DNA of 64,000 nucleotides from an uncultured bacterium (GTDB lineage: Bacteria > Bacillota_I > Bacilli_A > RFN20 > CAG-826): positions 227,738 through 291,737 of the forward strand of contig CASDYC010000001.1 of the NCBI GenBank assembly GCA_949285665.1, in the 5' to 3' direction. The notes under the pieces are model-generated. The model did no database searches. It saw nothing but the letters and a program-made list of their open reading frames with translations, and had not been told where the DNA came from. Shown here piece after piece: positions 1 to 9,892 of the stretch. A program made the translations under genes and the position numbers. Each line of letters begins with the position of its first letter. Positions within the stretch are counted from its first letter, which is position 1.

Positions 1-976
1 TAATATTTCTTTTAAAAAATTTATTATTACTAGTAATATTTAAAATAAATAAGAATATTATTGATAAAAAATAACCTAAAATGAAATTTAAAGTAAAAAT
101 AACATAAGGATCAAATAATACTAAAAGAATCCCACTAGTTGCTAGTAAATTTAAATAAGAAAACCTTTTATTAAATAAATTTAAATTTATTGTTTTTAAT
201 AAGTTTATAATAAAAATTCTTAATATACTTATATTAAAAATATTTATTAACATAAATGGAATAATTATTAAAAATGAAAATAGATTACTCCTTTTATCAT
301 CGAATTTATATGAAAAAATAAATTCAAAAAATTTAATTATTCCATTTATAAAAATACCTGAAATTGATATGCAGACAATCAAATTAAGAGAATTAACTTC
401 TTTTATTATTGAAGAATTATAATTTTTTTCACAAAATAATAATGAAGACAATAAATTTTGTGTATTTTCGTCATAGTTCTTCAAAAACTTATCCTTTACA
501 GCATTTGGTTGTAAAAAATTTCTATATAAAATTTTCTCTTTTGAAACGACTAATTCATTGTAAATTCCTTGTTCATTTAAATAATTTTCAAAGCTAAATT
601 CAGATTCCAAAGTTACAAAGCTGATCTTTTCAAGCTTACCTTCTAAATGGATTATATCTCCTTCTTCTTTATTATTATTTTTTTCATAAACATAAAATTT
701 GTCAATATAATTATAGATTATGTAATAATTTTCTCTAGATCTCACTACTATAAAATTTGCGTTTTGAATCTCATTTTGTTCAGTGTATTCAAAACTACAA
801 AAAATAGATAAAGAAGTTAGAAAAGTAAAAATACATAATAATATTTTTGCTAAATTTAATTTTTTGAAAAAATATAAAACCAATAGTAACGAAATAGTTA
901 TTGCTAATATTAAATAAATATTACTTTTTAGTAAAAATATACCTAATATCGCAAATAAAAAGATATAAAAAATCAC
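1..976 (-). CDS. comEC: ComEC/Rec2-like competence channel protein, N-terminal part (runs off the window at its 3' end)
   Basis: The minus-strand frame is open from GTG at 974-976, directly after the comEA stop, down to position 1. It is missing from the ORF track because no stop lies in the window. The translation has N-terminal TM helices, then an OB/DUF4131-like stretch (GDIIHLEGKLEKISFVTLESEFSFENYLNEQGIYNELVV) and a ...LIVCISISGIFI... segment like the ComEC HLLAISGLH region. Position after comEA fits. Confidence 0.6.
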   Translation of the reverse strand, partial: MIFYIFLFAILGIFLLKSNIYLILAITISLLLVLYFFKKLNLAKILLCIFTFLTSLSIFCSFEYTEQNEIQNANFIVVRSRENYYIIYNYIDKFYVYEKNNNKEEGDIIHLEGKLEKISFVTLESEFSFENYLNEQGIYNELVVSKEKILYRNFLQPNAVKDKFLKNYDENTQNLLSSLLFCEKNYNSSIIKEVNSLNLIVCISISGIFINGIIKFFEFIFSYKFDDKRSNLFSFLIIIPFMLINIFNISILRIFIINLLKTINLNLFNKRFSYLNLLATSGILLVLFDPYVIFTLNFILGYFLSIIFLFILNITSNNKFFKRNI

Positions 977-1531
977 TTAGTTAACATCTTTTAATCTAAT
1001 ATAATTTTTTAATTTCGAAAATGTCGCATTTCCAATACCATTGACATCCATTACTTCTTCAAGAGAATAAAATGATCCATTTTCAGCTCTATATTGGATA
1101 ATATTTTGAGCAATTGAATCACCTATGCCATCGATATTTTTTAAATCATCTTTTTCACAATTATTTATATTACATTTAATCAATTTTGTATTTCCGCAAA
1201 CATCATCAATATCATAAATTGGAGCAATGTAATAAGTTTGATTGTTCTCTAAAAGTAAATCTGTAAAAAAGCACAATGTATCAGCATTATCAGTTAATCC
1301 ATTTGCAACTTCAATTAAATCATCCAAATTAGAACCTTCTTCTAGCAAATATGAACCTTCAGCTTCTACTTCGCCTTCAATTGAAACTTTAATTGTATCT
1401 TTTGCTAATGATAAGGTTGTATTATTCGCATTATTAACTGGAGTTAGATTAGGTGCAATAAATTGCATCGTTACCAAACCAATAATTGTAAACACAAATA
1501 CACCAATAATTATTTTTAAAGTTAATGTCAT
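977..1531 (-). CDS. comEA: Competence protein ComEA (membrane anchor, SLBB-like region, C-terminal helix-hairpin-helix DNA-binding domain)
   Basis: N-terminal TM helix. C-terminal HhH repeats: DLKNIDGIGDSIAQNIIQYRAENGSFYSLEEVMDVNGIGNATFSKLKNYI. Confidence 0.85.
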   Translation of the reverse strand: MTLTLKIIIGVFVFTIIGLVTMQFIAPNLTPVNNANNTTLSLAKDTIKVSIEGEVEAEGSYLLEEGSNLDDLIEVANGLTDNADTLCFFTDLLLENNQTYYIAPIYDIDDVCGNTKLIKCNINNCEKDDLKNIDGIGDSIAQNIIQYRAENGSFYSLEEVMDVNGIGNATFSKLKNYIRLKDVN

Positions 1532-1588
1532 AAAAAAACCTCCTTACTTAATAAGTCGGAGGTTATTTATAATTTTTTCCAAAAATTT

Positions 1589-2059
1589 TTATTTTATTTC
1601 AACAATTTGAACATCGTATGGTTCATCAACTTTGACTTTTACAATATCACCAACACCATGTCCAATTAAAGCGGCACCTAATGGACATACATTAGAAATT
1701 TTATTATTTTCTAAATTAGATTCAATTGTAGAAACAACTGTAAATGTATAAGTAGTATTATCTGATAAATCTGTAATTTTAACAACTGATCCTATTTGTA
1801 CGCCATTTTTCTTCTTATTAGCTTTTTCATTAATAATTTCACAATTATTTAAAATATCTTCAATTTCGCTAATTCTTCTTTCAATTTCACCTTGTTTATT
1901 TTTGGCTGCATCATAATCAGCATTTTCACTTAAGTCACCTTGAGCTCTAGCAGCTTTTAATTGTTCAATTGTATTTGGTAAATCAACATGTAAAAGATGA
2001 TCTTTTTCTTGTTCTAACTCAATTTTTTTCTCTAAAGTAATAGGATATTTCTTTTCCAT
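1589..2059 (-). CDS. greA: Transcription elongation factor GreA
   Basis: Coiled-coil N-terminal domain with SENADYDAAK and a C-terminal GreA/B domain (SPLGAALIGH-like CPLGAALIGHGVGD). I prefer the ATG at 2059 (MEKKYPIT), which follows a GGAGGG RBS, over the track start at 2071. Confidence 0.9.
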   Translation of the reverse strand: MEKKYPITLEKKIELEQEKDHLLHVDLPNTIEQLKAARAQGDLSENADYDAAKNKQGEIERRISEIEDILNNCEIINEKANKKKNGVQIGSVVKITDLSDNTTYTFTVVSTIESNLENNKISNVCPLGAALIGHGVGDIVKVKVDEPYDVQIVEIK

Positions 2060-2093
2060 ATTTCCCTCCATGCGATTTAGTATTATATCATCA

Positions 2094-2357
2094 TTAAATT
2101 ACTTTATCAAGGTCGCTTAAATCAGAATCATACGTTTCAAGCATGTCTTGAGCAATCTTTAATAAATTTCCATCTTTGACTTCAATCATAGTTCCATCTT
2201 TTAAGCACTCAAATACAAAAATATCTTCAGGATTTTCATCTAAATAAAGTAAAAAGAAATCTCTATCCATATCATCTAAATGATACGAAAATAAAATATT
2301 AAATTCTTTTTCTTCTCCATTTATTTCAAATTTAATAACATTATCTTTTTCATTCAT
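2094..2357 (-). CDS. DUF1292 (UPF0473/YrzB-like) small acidic protein
   Basis: Its size, acidic composition and position next to ruvX/alaS match Bacillus yrzB. The sequence pattern EFNILFSY...DFFLLYLDENPEDIFVFE fits. Confidence 0.7.
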   Translation of the reverse strand: MNEKDNVIKFEINGEEKEFNILFSYHLDDMDRDFFLLYLDENPEDIFVFECLKDGTMIEVKDGNLLKIAQDMLETYDSDLSDLDKVI

Positions 2358-2392
2358 AATTTAAACCTCACATTTATTATAATAAAATTAAT

Positions 2393-2818
2393 CTAAATAT
2401 TCTGTTTTTTTAAAAAATCTTCTAAAATAACGACTGCTGAATACATATCAATTATCTTATTAATTTTATTTTCTTTTAGGCCACTATTTTTTAAACGTTC
2501 ATGAGCTTCAAGAGTTGAATACCTCTCATCTTGGTAATTTATATTTAAATTGAAATCGGAATTTTCTTTTAAAAAATCGTCAATAAATCTTTTTACTGAT
2601 TTCCCTCTTTCCCCGATTTGATCATCAAGTTGAATCGGAAAACCAATTACAAGATTATATACATTATTTTTAATTATTACTTCTCTTAAATGATTTCTAG
2701 CTTTTTTATAATTTCCTTTTTCAAATTCAAAATTTTCTAAACCATGAACTATATTTAGATCATCGTTAATAGCTATTCCTAGAGTTGTTGTTCCTAAATC
2801 TAAACCTAAATATATCAT
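2393..2818 (-). CDS. ruvX: Putative pre-16S rRNA nuclease / Holliday junction resolvase-like YqgF (RuvX)
   Basis: N-terminal GLDLGTTTLGIA motif and the expected size. Its ATG overlaps the alaS TGA stop (ATGA). Confidence 0.85.
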   Translation of the reverse strand: MIYLGLDLGTTTLGIAINDDLNIVHGLENFEFEKGNYKKARNHLREVIIKNNVYNLVIGFPIQLDDQIGERGKSVKRFIDDFLKENSDFNLNINYQDERYSTLEAHERLKNSGLKENKINKIIDMYSAVVILEDFLKKQNI

Positions 2819-5418
2819 AAATTCTCGTCTAAAAATTTAATAATTTCTTCTTTTCCAATGTCAAATTTAGGAATAGCTCCATTACATAAATTATCCTTGC
2901 CACCGCCATTTCCACCAACTTTTGAAACAATGAATTGAAATACTTTTTTTGCATTGATATTTGAGTCTTTTAAATTAGAAAAACACAAAATTGGTAATCT
3001 AGTAGTATCATCTTTTCCAACTAATACACCAATGGTATTTTCTATTTTTTTATCTAAAATATCTTTTAAAAGAATTAAATTTTCTCTTGTTAATTTATCA
3101 TTTAAAAATACAAAATTTACATTATCTTTAATTAAAGTTTTTTCTCTAACTAAATTGTTAGCTTTATCTTCTAATATTTTATTATTCATATTTTGTATTT
3201 TTTGATTTAGTTCTTTATTTAAAAGTAACATATTTTCAATTTTTGTAATTGATTCATTTATTGATTTACACCCTAAAATATTTTCAATATTTTTTAAATT
3301 TCCTTGCAAATCCTTAATAATTTCATAATTTTCAAAACTAGTAGTTGCTTCAATTCTTCTAATTCCTGCAGCAATTGATTGTTCTGAATTAATAATAAAA
3401 GTGCCGATTTCTTTTGAATTTTTTACATGAGTTCCACCACAAAATTCTTTTGAAACATCTCCAAAACAAACGACACGAATTTCGTCACCATACTTTTGTT
3501 CAAATTCATGCTCTGCACATGTTTTAATTGCTTCGTCATAACTTAAAATTAGTGTTCTTTCTTCTAATTCTTCTTGAATGTATTTATTAACTAATTTTTC
3601 AATAGAAATTAATTGACTATCAGTTAATTTATTCAAATAATTGAAATCAAATCTTAAATATTTATCACAAACAAAACTACCTTTTTGTTCGATTTCTTTT
3701 CCCAAAATTTCTTTTAAAGCTCTATGTAATAAATGAGTTGCAGAGTGATTGCATTCAATTTTATATCTTTTTAATTTGTCAATTTCTAAAGTAAAAATAT
3801 CATCTACTTTAATAGATCCGTATTCTATTTCAACAAAATGCATGTTTTGTTTATTTGGAGCGATTCTTACATCACTTACAACTGCTTTTGTATCGTTGTT
3901 ATAAATTGTTCCTGTATCAGAAACTTGACCTCCCATTTCACTATAAAATGGAGTTTTTTCAAAAACAACATACCCTTTATCTACAATTTCTTCTACTTTT
4001 TTACCATCAACAAATAAGCCAATTACCTTACTTTCACATTTATTTGTATCATATAAAAATTCTGAAGGCGTTTTAAAATCTAATAAATCTTTGGATTGAA
4101 CATTCATAGAATCAATTTCTTTTCTCGAACTTCTAGCTCTATTTTTTTGTTCTTCCATCAATTTATTAAATTCATCGTCATTTAATTTAATATTATTTTC
4201 TAAAGCAATTTCTTTTGTTAATTCATATGGAAAACCATAAGTATCATACAATAAAAATGCATCTTTACCAGTAAGTGTATGATTTTTATTAATAATTGAA
4301 GTTAATAAATTTTCACCTGATTTTAGTGTTTTTAAGAATTTATTTTCTTCTTCAATAATTAATTTTTTAATAAATTCTTTTTTATCTATTAAATATGGAT
4401 AAAAATCTTTCATAATATCAACAACTGTATCTACTAATTTATATAAGAAAACACCATCAATACCTAATTTTTGTCCATATCTCATTGCTCTTCTTAATAA
4501 ACGTCTTAAAACATATCCTCTTAATGAATTTGAAAAATATGCCCCATCAGCTAATGCAAAAACACAAGTTCTAATATGATCTGCTATGACTCTAAAAGCC
4601 ATTTTATCATCTTCATATTTTTTATCACTTAATTCTTGAGTTTTTTCAATTATTGGCCAAAATAAATCTATTTCAAAGTTACTATCAGTTCCTTGTAAAA
4701 TACAACAAATTCTTTCAAGGCCTGCACCAGTATCAATGTTTTTACTTGGTAATTCTTTATATTCACTTCTTTTTAATCCTTTTTCGGCGTTATATTGAGA
4801 AAAAACAATACCCCAAATCTCAATATATCGATCATTTTCAATATCTTGTTTTAATAATTCAACGCCAAGATGTTTAGGATCATAAATTTCACCACGATCA
4901 AAAAATACTTCAGTGTTTGGTCCACAAGGTCCTTCTCCGATTTCCCAGAAATTTTCTTCTAATGGAATTAAATGATCTTCGCTAATTCCAACCTTCATCC
5001 ATAAATCGTGACTTTCTTTATCCATTGGATTATATGTTATATATAATTTATTTTTATCCATTCCAAAATATTTATCATTAGTGAGAATATCAAAAGCCCA
5101 TGGTATAACTTCTTTTCTAAAATAATCGCCAATTGAGAAATTTCCAAGCATTTCAAAAAATGTATGATGTCTGGCAGTTTTTCCAACATTTTCAATATCA
5201 TTAGTTCTAATTGATTTTTGAACGTTAGTAATTCTTCTTGCTGGTGGAACTTGACTTCCATCAAAATATTTTTTTAAAGCTGCAACACCAGAATTTATCC
5301 AAAGAAGAGTAGGATCATTTTCTGGAATTAAATTTGCCCCTGGTTCAATTACATGACCTCTTTCTTTGAAAAAATTTAACCATGTTTTTCTAACTTCTTG
5401 TGCACTTAATTTTCTCAT
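2815..5418 (-). CDS. alaS: Alanine--tRNA ligase
   Basis: Full-length AlaRS: FFKERGH, HHTFFEMLGNFS, IEIWGIVFSQYN, the editing-domain HSATHLLH, and a C-terminal DHHA1 domain. I prefer the ATG at 5418 (MRKLSAQEV), preceded by GGAGGA. The track's upstream extension covers the T-box terminator. Confidence 0.95.
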   Translation of the reverse strand: MRKLSAQEVRKTWLNFFKERGHVIEPGANLIPENDPTLLWINSGVAALKKYFDGSQVPPARRITNVQKSIRTNDIENVGKTARHHTFFEMLGNFSIGDYFRKEVIPWAFDILTNDKYFGMDKNKLYITYNPMDKESHDLWMKVGISEDHLIPLEENFWEIGEGPCGPNTEVFFDRGEIYDPKHLGVELLKQDIENDRYIEIWGIVFSQYNAEKGLKRSEYKELPSKNIDTGAGLERICCILQGTDSNFEIDLFWPIIEKTQELSDKKYEDDKMAFRVIADHIRTCVFALADGAYFSNSLRGYVLRRLLRRAMRYGQKLGIDGVFLYKLVDTVVDIMKDFYPYLIDKKEFIKKLIIEEENKFLKTLKSGENLLTSIINKNHTLTGKDAFLLYDTYGFPYELTKEIALENNIKLNDDEFNKLMEEQKNRARSSRKEIDSMNVQSKDLLDFKTPSEFLYDTNKCESKVIGLFVDGKKVEEIVDKGYVVFEKTPFYSEMGGQVSDTGTIYNNDTKAVVSDVRIAPNKQNMHFVEIEYGSIKVDDIFTLEIDKLKRYKIECNHSATHLLHRALKEILGKEIEQKGSFVCDKYLRFDFNYLNKLTDSQLISIEKLVNKYIQEELEERTLILSYDEAIKTCAEHEFEQKYGDEIRVVCFGDVSKEFCGGTHVKNSKEIGTFIINSEQSIAAGIRRIEATTSFENYEIIKDLQGNLKNIENILGCKSINESITKIENMLLLNKELNQKIQNMNNKILEDKANNLVREKTLIKDNVNFVFLNDKLTRENLILLKDILDKKIENTIGVLVGKDDTTRLPILCFSNLKDSNINAKKVFQFIVSKVGGNGGGKDNLCNGAIPKFDIGKEEIIKFLDENL

Positions 5419-5431
5419 AATTTCCTCCAAT

Positions 5432-5650
5432 AAAATAAAAAAAGTACCTAAGGAACGGATTTTCCGTGGTACCATCCTTATTCTTTATATATTATAAAGC
5501 TCTTGATTATTCTTTTTAACGCAAAGTAACGATGCTATTAACATTTACATAAAAGCGGCTATTATTTATCGAATATTACTTCACACCTACCAGTAATTCT
5601 CTGAAAAACAAATAAATAAATCTTCTTTTACGAGAGTATTTTAACATATT
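5432..5650 (-). promoter_or_regulatory. T-box leader (tRNA-sensing transcription attenuator) upstream of alaS
   Basis: On the minus strand I see an AGAGA box (tcAGAGAatt). There is also a T-box sequence AAGGAUGGUACCACGG (plus-strand ccgtggtaccatcc at 5464-5477). It overlaps a terminator hairpin GTACCACGGAAAATCCGTTCCTTAGGTAC followed by TTTTTTT, just before the alaS RBS. A candidate Ala specifier GCC/GCU lies near 5555-5560, but that assignment is uncertain. Confidence 0.75.
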
Positions 5651-5659
5651 TTTAATAAA

Positions 5660-6808
5660 TTAATCATCAAAATAAATTATCTGATTATCATTATAATAAA
5701 CTTTGTCAATAATACCTCCACCTAAACATAAATCTCCAACATAAAATGCTGCAATTTGACCTGGAGTAACTGCCTTATAATAACCATCATGAATTAATAA
5801 TAAGTTATTATCATCAATTAATTTTACTTTGCAAGGTAAATCTTTAGCTCGATATCTAAATTTGACATTAATTTTTTCACCATCTTTTAAATTTCTTCCA
5901 ATAAAATTTAAATTCGTAATTAAAGATTTATTACTTAAAAGATATTTATCGGTGTCTTTGCTTGCTACATATAAAATATTTTTTTTAACATTTTTACCGC
6001 AAACTACCCAACCATGACTTTCCAAGTTTTTAATACCACCAATTCCTAAACCTCTTCTTTGACCAATTGTATAATACATAATTCCATCATGTTTACCAAT
6101 TACCCTTTTTGTCTCAATATCAACAATATCACCAGGTTTTGAAGGCAAATAATTTTCTAAAAATTCTTTAAAATTTCTTTCGCCAATAAAACAAACGCCA
6201 GTTGAATCTTTTTTATCAGCTACATTTAAATTTAATTGATGAGCTATCTCTCTTACTTCATTTTTTGTTATATCACTCAATGGAAAAATTGCACTATCTA
6301 GTTGAGTTTGATTAATTTGACATAAAAAATAGCTTTGATCTTTATTCAAATCTTTGGCTTTTGCTAAAAAATTAACACCATTTATATTTACTTTTTTTGC
6401 ATAATGTCCCATTGCAATCATATCGCAACCATTCTTTTTTGCGAATTTTAAAAATGAATCAAATTTAATATATTTATTACAAAAAACATCTGGATTGGGA
6501 GTTCTTGATTTTTCATATTCGCTTAAAAAATAACTAAAAACATTGTCCCAATATTCTTTTACAAAATCTATTCGTAAAATTGGAATATTTAATTTTTCAG
6601 CAACAAGTTTTGCATCATTATAATCTTTTTCTTGTGGACAAACGTCATCATTAATTGTTGGATTACCTAAATAATCATTATTTAATAGCGAATCCCAATT
6701 TCTCATAAAACCTGCAATAACATCATAACCTTGTTTTTTTAAAAGATAAGCAGCCACAGCAGAATCAACCCCACCAGATAAGCCAATCATTACTTTTTTA
6801 TTATTCAT
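5660..6808 (-). CDS. mnmA: tRNA-specific 2-thiouridylase MnmA
   Basis: PP-loop GLSGGVDSAV, the TPNPDVFCN motif and full-length similarity to MnmA/TrmU. Confidence 0.95.
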   Translation of the reverse strand: MNNKKVMIGLSGGVDSAVAAYLLKKQGYDVIAGFMRNWDSLLNNDYLGNPTINDDVCPQEKDYNDAKLVAEKLNIPILRIDFVKEYWDNVFSYFLSEYEKSRTPNPDVFCNKYIKFDSFLKFAKKNGCDMIAMGHYAKKVNINGVNFLAKAKDLNKDQSYFLCQINQTQLDSAIFPLSDITKNEVREIAHQLNLNVADKKDSTGVCFIGERNFKEFLENYLPSKPGDIVDIETKRVIGKHDGIMYYTIGQRRGLGIGGIKNLESHGWVVCGKNVKKNILYVASKDTDKYLLSNKSLITNLNFIGRNLKDGEKINVKFRYRAKDLPCKVKLIDDNNLLLIHDGYYKAVTPGQIAAFYVGDLCLGGGIIDKVYYNDNQIIYFDD

Positions 6809-7257
6809 TTTATTACCTCATCACTATCTAAAATTAACGTAAATGGACCATCATTAATAAGAGAAATCTTCATATCTTCTCCAAAAACACCAGTCTTATA
6901 TTGAATATTTAATTCTTTTAGACATTCATTAAAATAATCATAAAATATCTTTGCATCTTCAAATTTTGCACACTTTGTAAAACTTGGTCTATTACCATCT
7001 TTTACATCACCATATAAAGTAAATTGTGAAACAGATAAAATTTCACCATTTACATCTTTTAAAGATAAATTAGTTTTCCCATTTTCATCCATAAATAAAC
7101 GTAATTTTGAAATTTTTAAAGCCATTTTTTTAATAATTTCTTTGTTATCATTTAAAGTAAATGATACTAATAATAAATAACCTTTATTAATTTTAGAATA
7201 AATTTCACCATTAATAGCAATTTCTGCTTTTAATACATTTTGTAAGACAATTTTCAT
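6805..7257 (-). CDS. dtd: D-aminoacyl-tRNA deacylase
   Basis: SQFTLYGD...KGNRPSF-like motif (SQFTLYGDVKDGNRPSF) and a C-terminal NDGPFTL. Confidence 0.9.
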   Translation of the reverse strand: MKIVLQNVLKAEIAINGEIYSKINKGYLLLVSFTLNDNKEIIKKMALKISKLRLFMDENGKTNLSLKDVNGEILSVSQFTLYGDVKDGNRPSFTKCAKFEDAKIFYDYFNECLKELNIQYKTGVFGEDMKISLINDGPFTLILDSDEVIK

Positions 7258-7308
7258 AACATATTTATTTTATACAAATAAAGTTAAAATTTATATATAA
7301 TTTTATAG

Positions 7309-8568
7309 ATGGAAAAATCATTAGCCCTTAGAATGAGACCAAAAACATTAAGTGAAGTTGTTGGTCAAGAAAAAATATTATCAAATAACTCATTTTTAAT
7401 TAATTCTGTTAAGAAAAATATGTTATTTAATATAATTTTATTTGGTCCACCAGGTTGCGGTAAAACTTCTATTGCTTCTGCATATGCAAATGAAATAAAG
7501 GCTCATACAATATTTTTAAATGCAGCAATAATTGGAAAAAAAGAAATTTTAGATGCTGTTGAAGAAGCAAAAAACAATAATCCAACTGTTATTGTAATTG
7601 ATGAAATACATCGATTAAATCAAGATAAACAACAATTTTTCTTACCATATTTAGAAGAAGGAGCATTTTATTTAATTGGAACAACCACTTCTAATCCATA
7701 TTTTGCAATTAATGAAGCATTTAGAAGCAGATGCTATATTTTTGAAGTTAAAGCTTTATCAAGTGAAGATATATATAAAAATTTAAAAAGAGCATGTTTA
7801 GATCCAGATGGTTTAGATAATAAATTAAATATAAAAGATGAACAATTAAAATTTATTGCAAATATTTCAAATGGAGACATGCGTTTTGCATATAATACAC
7901 TGGAATTAATTTACATAACTTATTTAGATAAAAACGAAATTAGTGATGAAGAAATAAAAGAAGTTTTAAATGTTAATTTAAATGTAAATTCTAAAGATGA
8001 TAATTATTATAATTATGTTTCAGGTTTACAAAAATCAATTCGAGGAAGCGATATAGATGCAGCTTTATATTATTTAGCAATTTTATGTACGCTAAATGAT
8101 ATTCCAGCAATTAAGAGAAGACTTGCAATAACTGCTTATGAAGATGTTGGTCTTGCAAATCCTCAAGCTGTTGATAGAGTTATGAATGCTCTTAATTTAG
8201 CGGAACAAGTTGGAATGCCAGAAGCTTTAATTCCATTAGGATTTGCAGTTTGTGACTTGGCGCTTTCTCCAAAATCTAAAGCTGCTAATAATGCGATACA
8301 TTCGGCTTTTGAATACACTAGTACACATCCTTTTAAAATTCTAGAATACTTAAAATTAAGACCAAAATTAACTAAAGATTATCAATATCTATATGATAGA
8401 CCTGATTTATGGGAAAAAATTCAATATTTACCAGATGAATTAAAGGATAAAAAGTTTTATATTCCAAATTTTAATTCTAAATATGAAAAAGCCCTAAATG
8501 AAAATTATTTAAGGCTAAAATCAATTATAAAAACTACTAATTTAAAAGATTTAAAAATTAAGAAATAA
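7309..8568 (+). CDS. rarA: Replication-associated recombination protein A (MgsA/RarA AAA+ ATPase)
   Basis: LRMRPKTLSEVVGQEKIL, Walker A GPPGCGKTS, Walker B VIDEIHR, and a C-terminal MgsA domain (SGLQKSIRGSDIDAALYYLA). Confidence 0.9.
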   Translation: MEKSLALRMRPKTLSEVVGQEKILSNNSFLINSVKKNMLFNIILFGPPGCGKTSIASAYANEIKAHTIFLNAAIIGKKEILDAVEEAKNNNPTVIVIDEIHRLNQDKQQFFLPYLEEGAFYLIGTTTSNPYFAINEAFRSRCYIFEVKALSSEDIYKNLKRACLDPDGLDNKLNIKDEQLKFIANISNGDMRFAYNTLELIYITYLDKNEISDEEIKEVLNVNLNVNSKDDNYYNYVSGLQKSIRGSDIDAALYYLAILCTLNDIPAIKRRLAITAYEDVGLANPQAVDRVMNALNLAEQVGMPEALIPLGFAVCDLALSPKSKAANNAIHSAFEYTSTHPFKILEYLKLRPKLTKDYQYLYDRPDLWEKIQYLPDELKDKKFYIPNFNSKYEKALNENYLRLKSIIKTTNLKDLKIKK

Positions 8569-9859
8569 TTTTATAAATAATTTTTCTATCACTTATTTTT
8601 TCATTTGAAAATTCATAAGCGGAATATAATTTATTTACAAATTCATCTAAATTGTCTTTATTTGTATAAATTGTACAAAGTATATCATCTTTTTTAACAT
8701 AATCGCCAATTTTTTTATTAAGTACAATTCCAGCTGAATAATCAATTTTATCTTCAATTTTTTCTCTTCCAGCACCTAAATTCATAGCAAATTCACCAAT
8801 TTCAAATGCTTTAATACGTTTAAGATAACCTTCTTCTTTTGAAGTAAAATTATAAACATATTTTGTTTTTTGGAAATTTTCAGTGTTTAAAACATATGAA
8901 ATATCGCCATGCTGAGCTTGAACAAATTCAACAAATTTATTAAAAGCTTCACCACTTTTAATTTTTGTTTTTAATAATTCTTCACCTTCAGTTAATGAAT
9001 TTACAATTTTTGCTTGCATAAGCATAATACTTCCAGCCTTTAAACACAACTCTGTTAAATCTTTTGGACCATTACCTTTAAGTGTGTTTATTGCTTCAAT
9101 TACTTCTAACGTATTACCAACTGCATTGCCTAATGGTTCATCCATATCCGTTAAAATCGCTTTTACATCCCTTTTAAAATATTTCCCAATTGAAACCATT
9201 GTGTTGGCAAGTCTTTCAGCGTCTTGCATTGTTTTCATAAATGCGCCATCACCAACTTTAACATCAAGTAAAATAGCATCGCTTCCAGAAGCTAATTTTT
9301 TTGACATAATTGAACTTGCAATTAATGGAATTGAATCAACGGTTCCGGTTACATCCCTTAAAGCATATAATTTTTTATCTGCAGGAACTAAATGACCAGT
9401 TTGACCAACAATAGCCATTCCAATTTTGTTAACTTGATTAATAAAATCTTGTTCACTTATATTAATTTTCATACCAGGAATTGACTCCATTTTATCTATA
9501 GTTCCTCCAGTATGACCTAAACCTCTTCCAGACATCTTTGCTAATTTTGCACCGCAACTTGCAACAAGAGGTCCTAAAACTAAACTAGTTTTATCACCGA
9601 CTCCGCCTGTTGAATGTTTATCTACTTTTACTCCATTAATTTTTGAAAGATCCATTACATCACCACTATGTAACATACATTCTGTTAAAATAAATGTTTC
9701 GTGATCATTCATTCCATTTAATAAAATAGCCATCAATAAAGAAGATGCTTGATAATCTGGAATTTCACCTTTGACATAATTAGAAATAAAAAACTTTATT
9801 TCTTCACCAGTTAAAACTTTTTTATCTCTTTTGTGTTCAATAATTTCAACCATTCTCAT
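8558..9859 (-). CDS. pdp: Pyrimidine-nucleoside (thymidine) phosphorylase
   Basis: DKHSTGGVGDKTSL, the SGRGLGHTGGTIDK motif and the expected length. Confidence 0.9.
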   Translation of the reverse strand: MRMVEIIEHKRDKKVLTGEEIKFFISNYVKGEIPDYQASSLLMAILLNGMNDHETFILTECMLHSGDVMDLSKINGVKVDKHSTGGVGDKTSLVLGPLVASCGAKLAKMSGRGLGHTGGTIDKMESIPGMKINISEQDFINQVNKIGMAIVGQTGHLVPADKKLYALRDVTGTVDSIPLIASSIMSKKLASGSDAILLDVKVGDGAFMKTMQDAERLANTMVSIGKYFKRDVKAILTDMDEPLGNAVGNTLEVIEAINTLKGNGPKDLTELCLKAGSIMLMQAKIVNSLTEGEELLKTKIKSGEAFNKFVEFVQAQHGDISYVLNTENFQKTKYVYNFTSKEEGYLKRIKAFEIGEFAMNLGAGREKIEDKIDYSAGIVLNKKIGDYVKKDDILCTIYTNKDNLDEFVNKLYSAYEFSNEKISDRKIIYKIIS

Positions 9860-9892
9860 ACAAATAACCTCTTTTTTATATATAATAATTAT

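Noticed and set aside
409-597. Plus-strand 62-aa ORF from the track. The same applies to the other short ORFs inside longer genes, either antisense or in another frame: 1242-1610, 2954-3205, 3855-4076, 4653-4877, 5037-5264, 5829-6017, 9084-9395, 10401-10595, 10488-10697, 15785-16021, 26057-26251, 26575-26787, 27222-27404, 28636-28821, 38135-38368, 39794-40018, 47261-47449, 47771-47962 and 50228-50449.
   Set aside because: Each lies entirely inside a longer, motif-supported gene, on the opposite strand or in another frame. Their translations are low-complexity F/L/I/K/Y-rich strings, as expected from AT-rich antisense sequence. None has an RBS.
3284-3297. Partial matches to the dispersed repeat: TCAATATTTTTTAA at 3284-3297 (in alaS), AGGTTTTGCAG at 59600-59610 (in the nuclease gene), and CCAAAACTAATAATTT at 62238-62253 (intergenic).
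   Set aside because: Each covers only 11-16 nt of the element. The first is almost pure A/T, and the first two lie in conserved or ordinary coding sequence. I could not distinguish them from chance without genome-wide statistics, so I did not count them as copies.
5419-5475. N-terminal extension of alaS in the ORF track (MVPRKIRSLGTFFILLEEI...).
   Set aside because: This stretch is the T-box terminator hairpin and U-tract plus the RBS. Conserved AlaRS sequence starts at MRKLSAQEV (ATG at 5418), preceded by GGAGGA.
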